In this document: one piece after another, positions 9,551 through 20,352 of the stretch | Position numbering within the stretch: the first letter of the stretch is position 1 | How the letters are laid out: every line of letters begins with the position of its first letter | Source: Octopus sinensis | Lineage: Eukaryota | Direction of reading: 5' to 3' | DNA: 20,352 nucleotides | NCBI RefSeq assembly: GCF_006345805.1 | Contig: NW_021836102.1 | Location: 1 to 20,352, forward strand | Translations under genes and position numbers: made by a program | The notes under the pieces: generated by a model | What the model was told of the DNA's origin: nothing | The model's input: the letters and a program-made list of their open reading frames with translations, nothing else | The model's database searches: none

Positions 9551-12500
9551 CACACGTACACAGATACAAACACACGTACACAGATATAAACACACGTACA
9601 AAGATACAAACACATATACACAGATATAAACACACTACACAGATATAAACACATATACACAGATATAAGGACACGTACACATATAAAAAAACACGTAGAT
9701 AGATATAAACACATATACACAGATATAAACACACGTACCCAGATATAAACACACGTACATAGATATAAACACACGTACACAGATATAAACACATGTACAC
9801 ATATATGAACACGTGTATACAGATATAAACACATGTATACAGATATAAACACATGTACACAGATATAAACACACGTACACAGATATAAACACATGTACAC
9901 AGATATAAACACACGTAAACAGATATAAACACACCTACACAGCTATAAACACACATACACAAATATAAACACATGTTCACAGATATAAACACACGTACAC
10001 AGATATAAACACATGTATAAAGATATAAACACATGTACACAGATATAAACACATTTACACAGATATAAACACATGTACACAGATATAAACACATGTACAC
10101 ATATATAAACACATGTACACAGATATAAACACACGTACACAGATATAAACACAAGTACACAGATATAAACACATGTACACAGATATAAACACACGTACAC
10201 AGATATAAACACATGTACACAGATATAAACACACATACACAAATATAAACACATGTACACAGATATAAACACATGTACACAGATATAAACACACGTACAC
10301 AGATATAAACACATGTACACAGATATAAACACACATACACAAATATAAACATATGTACACAGATATAAACACATGTACACAGATATAAACACATATACAC
10401 AGATATACACAGATATAAACACATGTACACAGCTATAGACACACGTACACAGATATAAACACACGTACACAGATATAAACACACGTACATAGATATAAAC
10501 ACACGTACACAGATGTAAACAAACGTACACAGATATAAACACACGTACACAGATATAAACACACGTACACAGATATAAACACACGTACACAGATATAAAC
10601 ACATGTACACAGATATAAACACACGTACACTGATATAAACACATGTACACAGATATAAACACACGTACACAGATATAAACACATGTACACAGATATAAAC
10701 ACACGTACACAGATATAAACACACGTACACAGATATGAACACACGTACGCATATACAAACACATGTACACAGATATAAACACGACTACACAGATATAAAC
10801 ACACGTACACAGATATATACACACGTACACAGATATAAACACACGTACACAGATATAAACACACATACACATATATAAACACATGTACACAGATATAAAC
10901 ACATGTACACAGATATAAACACATGTACACAGATATAAACATACGTACACATATATAAACACATGTACACAGATATAAACACATGTACACAGATATAAAC
11001 ACATGTACACAGATATAAACACATGTACACAGATATAAACACATGTACACAGATATAAACACATATACACAGATATAAACACATGTATACAGATATAAAC
11101 ACATTTACACAGATATAAACACATGTACACAGATATAAACACATATACACAGATATAAACACATGTACACAGATATAAACACATGTACACAGATATAAAC
11201 ACACGTACACAGATATAAACACGCGTACACAAATATAAATACATGTACACAGATATAAACACACGTACACAGATATAAACACACGTACACAGATATAAAC
11301 ACACGTACACAGATATAAACACACGTACACAGATACAAAAACACGTATAAAGATATAAACACATGTACACAGATATAAATACATGTACACAGATATAAAC
11401 ACATGTAGACAGATATAAACACATGTACACAGATATAAACACACGTACACAGATATAAACACACGTACACAGATATAAACACATGTACACAGATATAAAC
11501 ACATGTACACAGATATAAACACACGTACACAGATATTAACACACGTACACAGATATAAACACATCTACACAGATATAAACACATGTACACAGATATAAAC
11601 ACATGTACACAGATATAAACACACGTATAAAGATATAAACACATGTACACAGATATAAACACATGTACACAGATATAAACACATGTACACAGATATAAAC
11701 ACACGTATAAAGATATAAACACATGTACACAGATATAAACACATGTACACTGATATAAACACATGTACACAGATATAAACACACGTACACAGATATAAAC
11801 ACATGTACACAGATATAAACACACGTATAAAGATATAAACACCTGTACACAGATATAAACACATGTACACAGATATAAACACACGTACACAGATATAAAC
11901 ACATGTACACAGATATAAACACACGTATAAATATATAAACACATGTACACAGATATAAACACACGTATAAAGATATAAACACACGTACACAGATATAAAC
12001 TCATGTACACAGATATAAACACACGTATAAAGATATAAACACATGTACACAGATATGAACACGTGTACACAGATATAAACACACGTATAAAGATATAAAC
12101 ACATGTACACAGATATAAACACATGTACACAGATATAAACACATGTACACAGATATAAACACACGTATAAAGATATAAACACACGTACACAGATATAAAC
12201 ACATGTACACAGAGATAAACACATGTACACAGATATAAACACATGTACACAGATATAAACACACGTACACAGATATAAACACACGTACACAGATATAAAC
12301 ACACGTACACAGATATAAACACACGTACACAGATATAAACACGCGTACACAAATATAAATACATGTACACAGATATAAACACATTTACACAGATATAAAC
12401 ACATGTACACAGATATAAACACATGTACACAGATATAAACACATGTACACAGATATAAACACATATACACAGATATAAACACATGTATACAGATATAAAC

Positions 12501-15500
12501 ACATTTACACAGATATAAACACATGTACACAGATATAAACACATATACACAGATATAAACACATGTACACAGATATAAACACATGTACACAGAGTATAAA
12601 CACACGTACACAGAATAAACACCGCGTACACAAATATAAATACAGTACACAGATATAAAACACGTACACAGATATAAACACACGTACACAGATATAACCA
12701 CCGTACACAGATATAAACACAGTACACAGATATAAACACACGTACACAGATATAAACACACGTACACAGATATAAACACACGTACACAGATATAAACACA
12801 CGTACACAGATATATACACATGTACACAGATTTAAACACACGTTCACAGATATAAGGACATGTACAAGGATATAAACACAGGTACACAGATATAAACACA
12901 TGTACACAGATATAAACTCATGTACACAGATATAAACACACGTACACAGATATAAACTCATGTACACAGATATAAACACACGTACACAGATATAAACACA
13001 TGTACACAGATATAAACACACGTATAAATATATAAACACATGTACACAGATATAAACACACGTATAAAGAATAAACACACACGTACACAGATATAAACTC
13101 ATGTACACAGATATAAACACACGTATAAAGATATAAACACATGTACACAGATATGAACACGTGTACACAGATATAAACACACGTATAAAGATATAAACAC
13201 ATGTACACAGATATAAACACATGTACACAGATATAAACACATGTACACAGATATAAACACACGTATAAAGATATAAACACACGTACACAGATATAAACAC
13301 ATGTACACAGAGATAAACACATGTACACAGATATAAACACATGTACACAGATATAAACACACGTACACAGATATAAACACACGTACACAGATATAAACAC
13401 ACGTACACAGATATAAACACACGTACACAGATATAAACACGCGTACACAAATATAAATAATGTACACAGATATAAACACATTTACACAGATATAAACACA
13501 TGTACACAGATATAAACACATGTACACAGATATAAACACATGTACACAGATATAAACACATATACACAGATATAAACACATGTATACAGATATAAACACA
13601 TTTACACAGATATAAACACATGTACACAGATATAAACACATATACACAGATATAAACACATGTACACAGATATAAACACATGTACACAGATATAAACACA
13701 CGTACACAGATATAAACACGCGTACACAAATATAAATACATGTACACAGATATAAACACACGTACACAGATATAAACACACGTACACAGATATAAACACA
13801 CGTACACAGATATAAACACACGTGCACAGATATAAACACACGTACACAGATATAAACACACGTACACAGATATAAACTCATGTACACAGATATAAACACG
13901 CGTACACAGATATAAACACACGTACACAGATATAAACACATGTACAAAGATATAAACTCATGTACACAGATATAAACTCATGTACACAGATATAAACACA
14001 TATACACAGATATACACAGATATAAACACACGTACACAGATATAAACTCATGTACACAGATATAAACACACGTACACAGAGATAAACACATGTACACAGA
14101 TATAACCACATATACACAGATATAAACACATGTACACAGATATGAACATATGTACACAGATATAAACACACGTACACAGATATAAACACACGTACACAGA
14201 TATAAACACACGTAACAGATATAAACACGCGTACACAAATATAAATAAATGTACACATATATAAACACATTTACACAGATATAAACACATGTACACAGAT
14301 ATAAAACCACATGTACACAGATATAACACATGTACACAGATATAAACACAATACACGATATAAACACATGTATACAGATATAAAACACATTACACAGATA
14401 TAAACACATGTACACAGATATAAACACATGTACAGAGATATAAACACATGTACACAGATATAAACACATGGATACAGATATAAACACACGTCCACAGATA
14501 TAAACACACGTACACAGATATAAACACGCGTACACAAATATAAATACATGTACACAGATATAAACACACGTACACAGATATAAACACACGTACACAGATA
14601 TAAACACACGTACACATATATAAACACACGTACACAGATATAAACACACGTACACAGATATATACACATGTACACAGATTTAAACACACGTTCACAGATA
14701 TAAGGACATGTACAAGGATATAAACACAGGTACACAGATATAAACACATGTACACAGATATAAACTCATGTACACAGATATAAACACACGTACACAGATA
14801 TAAACTCATGTACACAGATATAAACACGCGTACACAGATATAAACACACGTACACAGATATAAACACATGTACAAAGATATAAACTCATGTACACAGATA
14901 TAAACTCATGTACACAGATATAAACACATATACACAGATATACACAGATATAAACACACGTACACAGATATAAACTTCATGTACACAGATATAAAACACA
15001 CGTACACACAGATATAAACTCATGTACACAGATATAAACACACGTACACAGATATAAACTCATGTACACAGATATAAACACACGTACACAGATTAAAACC
15101 ATGTACAGATATAAAAACATGTTCACAGATATAAAACACATGTACACAGATATAAACACATGTTCACAGATATAAAACACATGTACACAGATATAAACAC
15201 ATGTACACAGATATAAAACACACGTACACAGATATAAACACACGTACACAGCTATAAACACATGTACACAGATATAAACACATGTACACAGATATAAACA
15301 CATGTACACTGATATAAACACAAATACACAGATATAAACACACGTACACATATATAAACACACGTACACAGCTATAAACACATGTACACAGATATAAACA
15401 CATGTACACAGATATAAACACATGTACACAGATATAAACACACTTACACAGTTATAAACACACGTACACAGATATAAACACATGTACACAGATATAAACA

Positions 15501-15933
15501 CACGTACACAGATATAAACTCATGTACACAGATATAAACACACGTACACAGATATAAACTCATGTACACAGATATAAACACACGTACACAGATATAAACT
15601 CATGTACACAGATATAAACACACGTACACAGATATAAACTCATGTACACAGATATAAACACATGTTCACAGATATAAACACATGTACACAGATATAAACA
15701 CATGTACACAGATATAAACACATGTACACAGATATAAACACATGTACACAGATATAAACACATGTACACAGATATAAACACATGTACACAGATAGAAACA
15801 CATGTACACAGATATAAACACACGTACACAGATATAAACTCATGTACACAGATATAAACACATGTACACAGATATAAACACATGTACACAGATAGAAACA
15901 CACGTACACTGATACAAACATACGTTCACGCAT
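9551..15933. repeat. 20-bp minisatellite, consensus ACACAGATATAAACACAYGT, about 320 copies
   Basis: About 6.4 kb with a strict 20-bp period. Edge units are more diverged, and there are local indel-rich patches (about 12590-12720, 14300-14400, 14970-15240). Confidence 0.98.
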
Positions 15934-16101
15934 ATATTATTGTTTTAATATAAAATACACACTAACTTTTCTGATTATTTTTTTTATTTCGGTTGTAAAC
16001 GTAAACCATCAAGACATATCTGAGTTCGTTTCTCTGTTTTTTGTTTTCATGTTTTTGTTTCTCATTGTGCTCAACGTATTTTTCTGATGTCCTGTACCCA
16101 T

Positions 16102-16118
16102 ATATGCATATATATATA

Positions 16119-16183
<65 letters not shown>
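16102..16183. repeat. (TA)n microsatellite on the left flank of a SINE
   Basis: Directly visible; a matching (TA)n lies at 16576-16644 on the other side of the SINE. Confidence 0.95.
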
Positions 16184-16184
<1 letters not shown>

Positions 16185-16185
<1 letters not shown>

Positions 16186-16575
16186 CTTTTACTTGTCTCA
16201 GTCATTTGACTGCGGCCATGCTGGAGCAACGCCTTCAATTGACCAACTCGACCCCGAGACTTATTCTTTTGTAAGCCCAGTACTTATTCTATCAGTCTCT
16301 TTTGCCGAACCGCTAAGTAACTGGGACATAAGCACACCAGCATCGGTTGTCAAGCAATGCTAGGGGGACAAACACAGACACACAAACACACACACGCATA
16401 TATATATATATACATATATACGACGGGCTTCTTTCAGTTTTTGTCTACCAAATCCACTCACAAGGCTTTGGTCGGCCCGAGGCTATAGTAGAAGACACTT
16501 GCCCAAGGTGCCACGCAGTGGGACGGAACCCGAAACCATGTGGTTGGTAAGCAAGCTACTTACCACACAGCCACT
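16185..16575 (-). mobile_element. tRNA-derived SINE, family B, near full length, inserted in (TA)n
   Basis: It is the reverse complement of 17124-17565 and lacks the first ~8 nt (GGCGCAGG). It carries the internal microsatellite and the GACTGAGACAAGTAAAAGA tail. Confidence 0.92.
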
Positions 16576-16586
16576 ATATATATATA

Positions 16587-16644
<58 letters not shown>

Positions 16645-16645
<1 letters not shown>

Positions 16646-16860
16646 TAGAGTAAGCACATCAATGCGAAACAAGGTAGAAAAATTAGTACTCGAATACATG
16701 AGGCAGAGTAATATGCTCTATTAAAAAATCAGCAAAAATATCACAAAAACTGTTACTCGGAGTTTCACGTTCCCGTTCGTCAGTCAGTTTTGTTTAGAAT
16801 GGAGTAAGATAAAGTTATATGCAGAAATACAATTTGATTGATACATTTGATAGATACATT
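16645..16860 (-). mobile_element. Hammerhead-bearing repeat fragment abutting (TA)n (Penelope-like, family 2)
   Basis: Same layout as 5886-6621: a (TA)n tract, about 105-110 nt, then a minus-strand hammerhead. The right boundary is a guess. Confidence 0.5.
16746..16791 (-). ncRNA. Minimal type I hammerhead ribozyme, family 2
   Basis: RNA: AAAACUG-A-CUGACGA-ACG[GGAA]CGU-GAAA-CUCCGAG-UA^A-CAGUUUU. The core is complete, stem II is closed by a GNRA tetraloop, stem III is the near-palindrome ACUC-C-GAGU, and stem I has 7 bp with an A-A mismatch at its base. Predicted cleavage is between 16754 and 16753. Confidence 0.85.
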
Positions 16861-17115
16861 TGAAAATGGTTTTTGTTCCATTGGTTCTTTCAACTAACGG
16901 TTTTTTTCAATAACCGGTCACATAAAATAACAAATTACGTGTTAAAATCACATTATTTTATCCTTATATCTAGCCTCCTTTCTTGATTTTACCCCAACTG
17001 TGTCAACTTGAAAATTGTTCATGGTAATTTATATGCTTAAGCAAAGAGATTTAATAATGCTTGCAGTCAGTTTTTCGAAATCAGTGGCAGAAGTCACTAG
17101 AAAAACTCTTATATA

Positions 17116-17279
17116 GGCGCAGGAGTGGCTGTGTGGTAAGTAGCTTGCTAACCAACCACATGGTTCCGGGTTCAGTCCCACTGCGTGGCACCTTCAGCAA
17201 GTGTCTTCTGCTATAGCCCGGGCCGACCAATGCCTTGTGAGTGGATTTGGTAGACGGAAACTGAAAGAAGCCTGTCGTA

Positions 17280-17354
<75 letters not shown>

Positions 17355-17572
17355 GTGTGTGTGTTTGCGTATCTGTGTTTGTCCCCCTAGCATTGCTTGA
17401 CAACCGATGCTGGTGTGTTTACGTCCCCGTCACTTAGCGGTTCGGCAAAAGAGACCGATAGAATAAGTACTGGGCTTACAAAGAATAAGACCCGGGGGTT
17501 GATTTGGTCGACTAAAGGCGGTGCTCCAGCATGGCCGCAGTCAAATGACTGAAACAAGTAAAAGAGTAAAAG
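17116..17572 (+). mobile_element. tRNA-derived SINE, family B, full length
   Basis: Head GGCGCAGGAGTGGCTGTGTGG...GGTTCAGTCCC, CORE-like segment, internal (TA)n(TG)n, and tail ...GACTGAAACA(AGTAAAAG)2. A possible short TATATA TSD lies at 17110-17115 and 17575-17580. Confidence 0.93.
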
Positions 17573-18491
17573 TGTATATATTTGCAAAGCAGGCCTTGTC
17601 TTTCATCGTGATCCGGTGATTACCGCCCGTTGATAAGAGGCAATAACCTCGAAACCGCGGTCCAGTGCGTATCACTCAGGCTTACGAGAAAGGGATGGCC
17701 TCCCTTTGCAAATACCATAAGGGCACAGAAATTGTGTCTAAAGCCAGCTGGAGACGATGATCTCCTGGGGCTAAAAAGCTACAGTAACACCCACCCACCC
17801 CCTTTGTGGTTAGCCATATTGAGATAGCTATTATACTTTACATATGTACATACTTATGCTCAAAACCGCGTATCTATAATACTCAATCGCCCTGAGCTGG
17901 GCTAAATTTTTTCTGCCGAGAAAATTAATCAGTGCTATTAGTTCTGTCTGTCTGAAAAGTTACTTCAGATACTATTTCTTCATGGTCTAAAATTGCTGAG
18001 AAACATAAACCAACTCTTTATCTCGTTTTTTTTTTTGTTTTCTTTTTTGATGAAACGTTTCCAAAACGCTAAATGACTCCTTATTGAAGAAAGGCCGTTA
18101 TCCAGAAAGTTAAATGAAGTCTTCTTGATGAAGGCCGTTATTCAAGTCTTCTTGCTTCCTACTGTCGTTTCTCAGTTTTTAGACCCTAAAACACATTTCT
18201 TTTATAGAATAAATTGGATTCGGATTGCATTGTTTATACCATTTATTCTTTTGAATAGTATCAGTAGAATTTTCGAAACATGTGTCGAAAGTAAAAATAT
18301 TTGATTACACCTGCGTTAACTCCATTTTTTTATTCATATTATTCAAAATATTCAACGTAAACACGAATTTTCTACCTTTATAAACAAGGAGTTACATCTT
18401 TACTTGTGAGATTTTCGCTGCCCTGGTAACTATTTTTTTTTTCTGTGTTAATTGTTAACAAGGTAAAAATACACTCATTTATTTATATAGA

Positions 18492-18525
<34 letters not shown>

Positions 18526-18632
18526 CATTACAGATAAAGGGTGAAATATAATTAATTTAATAAAATCAACAAATTTCACCAGGTAGTATTTCGGTATGGA
18601 AAAGGACCATATTCGGTAAAAGTTTATATAAC

Positions 18633-18672
18633 TATAACAATAAGGGTCTTTGCAAAGACCCTTATTGTTATA
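18633..18672. repeat. Perfect 40-bp palindrome with no spacer
   Basis: TATAACAATAAGGGTCTTTG|CAAAGACCCTTATTGTTATA. Confidence 0.97.
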
Positions 18673-18876
18673 AATATATATATATATATATGAATAATGA
18701 GGGAGATAAATTGAATATTAATTTAATTAACATCAATTTAAAACCATTAGCCTAGCATACAAAAATCTGAAAAATCAGAGAAAATTCTAATACATGCATA
18801 CACAATGGCAAACATGATCCACAAACATACAAAAATGCATCATGGGAACATTACTTTTTTTATTTCGTATTATTCC

Positions 18877-19235
18877 GCATTTAGAAGCCCCGTTTTAGCC
18901 CATAATATCTCCATGAATTCATGGGTACATAATAGACATGACCGGTTTCCAATTCTATACGATTTCGATTTACATATTATCTCCCACTTTAATTCATAAT
19001 TGATTTCTTTCGACTTTAAAATTTAGGGTTAGACGTTATTAATTAGGCATTTCAGACTGTGTTTACATTTAATTTTTCTTTCCTTCTGAGCATTTAGAAG
19101 CCCCATTTTAGACTATAATATCTCCATGAATTCATGGGTACATAATAGACATGACCTATTTCCAATTCTATACGATTTCGATTTACATATTATCTCCCAC
19201 TTTAATTCATAATTGATTTCTTTCGACTTTAAAAT
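18877..19235. repeat. 146-bp direct repeat, period 213 bp
   Basis: 18877-19022 versus 19090-19235, with 5 substitutions counted by eye. Confidence 0.92.
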
Positions 19236-19239
19236 GTTT

Positions 19240-19354
19240 AGCTGCGTTTCGACCGTCTAATCGTTCTGAGCTCAAATTCCACTGCGGCCCACTTTACCTT
19301 TGAGGATCAATGAAATTAGTGCTAGTAAGTACTGAGATCAATGTAATCCACTTA
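19240..19354 (+). mobile_element. Old, diverged fragment of SINE family A or a relative
   Basis: CGTTCTGAGCTCAAATTCC...ACTTTACCTT...GATCAATGTAATCCACTTA aligns loosely with family A sense CGTTCTGAGTTCAAATTCC...ACTTTGCCTT...GGTCGATGTAATCGACTTA. Confidence 0.65.
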
Positions 19355-19476
19355 CCGCTCACACGAAATTGAGCGAAAATTTGAAACCAATATTTTATAT
19401 ACACTTTATTATACCTCAAAGTGTTTGAACGTGAACTCAGACAATGCAAAGTGATGTGAGGATGACTCTGTATTCG

Positions 19477-19493
19477 CTTTTGGCTAAGATCAA
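19477..19493 (+). other. 17-nt exact match to the U2 snRNA 5' region (pseudogene-like fragment)
   Basis: CTTTTGGCTAAGATCAA matches U2 (AUCGCUUCUCGGC-CUUUUGGCUAAGAUCAA-GUGUAG). The rest of U2 is absent. Confidence 0.45.
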
Positions 19494-19582
19494 AGAGTCA
19501 AACTTGTATATCTCAAGGGTTTATAGTTACGGCTGTGAAATGAACACACAGACGGCCAGACGAGCAAACACACAGACGGGCT

Positions 19583-20028
19583 GATATTCAGACAACTAGG
19601 TAGGTAAAATCACACGTACGTGTGTGTGTGTGTGTGTGTGTGTGTGATATTGAGACAGGTAGGTAGGTAAACACACATACGTGTGTGTGTGTGTGTGTGA
19701 GTGTGTGTGTGTGTGATATTGAGACAGCTAGGTAGGTAAAATCACACGTGTGTGTGTGTGTGTGTGTCTGTGTGTGTGTGAGTGTGTGTGTATGTGAGTG
19801 ATATTGAGACAGCTAGGTAGGTAAAATCACACGTGTGTGTGTGTGTGTTTGTGTGTGAGTGTGTGTGTATGTGTTTGTTTGTGTGTGTGTGTGAGAGTGT
19901 GTGATATTGAGACAGCTAGGTAGGTAAAATCACACGTGTGTGTGTGTGTTTGTTTGTGTGTGTGTGTGTGTGTGTGAGTGATACTGAGACAGCTAGGTAG
20001 GTAAAATCACACTATGCGTGTATGTTTG

Positions 20029-20067
<39 letters not shown>

Positions 20068-20108
20068 TGTTGTGTATGTGTGTGTGTGCGTGCGTGTGTG
20101 TGCGTGTG
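19583..20108. repeat. Compound minisatellite: six ~31-nt constant units separated by variable (TG)n
   Basis: GATATTGAGACAGCTAGGTAGGTAAAATCAC-like units start at 19583, 19646, 19715, 19800, 19903 and 19980. Confidence 0.92.
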
Positions 20109-20352
20109 ACGAGAAAGAGAGCCGGCCAGAAACGGAGAAAGAGAAGATGATGCAAAGATAAACTACCAGGCAAACAGAATATTAACTAGAAATATAGATA
20201 AATAAAGCGATAACAATCTACACACACACACACACACACACAAAAAAGATGTAATTTCAGATACATTGAGAGAATAAACAATTCCAAATATCTTAAAACC
20301 ATTTATTTACTATCGATTACAACGAGAGACTATATTCCACGCAGCCCTAATG

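Noticed and set aside
9334-15933. Very long minus-strand ORFs (up to 944 aa, MFISVYMCLYLCTCVYICVH repeats)
   Set aside because: The 20-bp unit has no stop codon on the minus strand in any frame. All three frames are open and shift at indels, so this is a repeat artefact.
17116-17195. tRNA genes at SINE heads (also 3998, 16575, 696, 3844)
   Set aside because: A/B boxes are present but there is no full cloverleaf, and each head is fused to a SINE body and tail.
18565-18625. Possible hammerhead on the minus strand (CCGAAUA...CCGAAAUAC)
   Set aside because: The core lacks CUGANGA and no stem III or cleavage triplet can be built; only a generic hairpin is supported.
19583-20010. CRISPR-like repeat-spacer layout
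   Set aside because: The spacers are (TG)n microsatellite, the context is eukaryotic, and there are no cas genes.

Overview
This is AT-rich, repeat-saturated eukaryotic non-coding DNA with no intact protein gene; almost all long ORFs in the track are artefacts of micro- and minisatellites. The SINE types, the (TA)n/(CATA)n load and the overall composition suggest an octopus or other coleoid cephalopod intron or intergenic region (inference). The window contains: (1) a decayed D,D34D mariner transposase with its right ITR, interrupted by a tRNA-derived SINE with a 16-bp TSD; (2) two tRNA-SINE families, one including a head-to-tail trimer and the other an inverted pair; (3) a duplicated Helitron-like 5' end; (4) a GGC-rich island; (5) a ~6.4-kb 20-bp minisatellite with internal higher-order duplications. 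The main hidden signal is four minimal type I hammerhead ribozyme motifs of two different sequence families, all on the minus strand. Three lie in a tandem array flanked by a 12-bp direct repeat (5886-6621), and one lies at 16746-16791 between the inverted SINEs. Their layout fits Penelope-like element or retrozyme repeats. Smaller oddities are a perfect 40-bp palindrome and a 17-nt match to the U2 snRNA 5' end. All calls were made by eye; no searches or folding programs were run.
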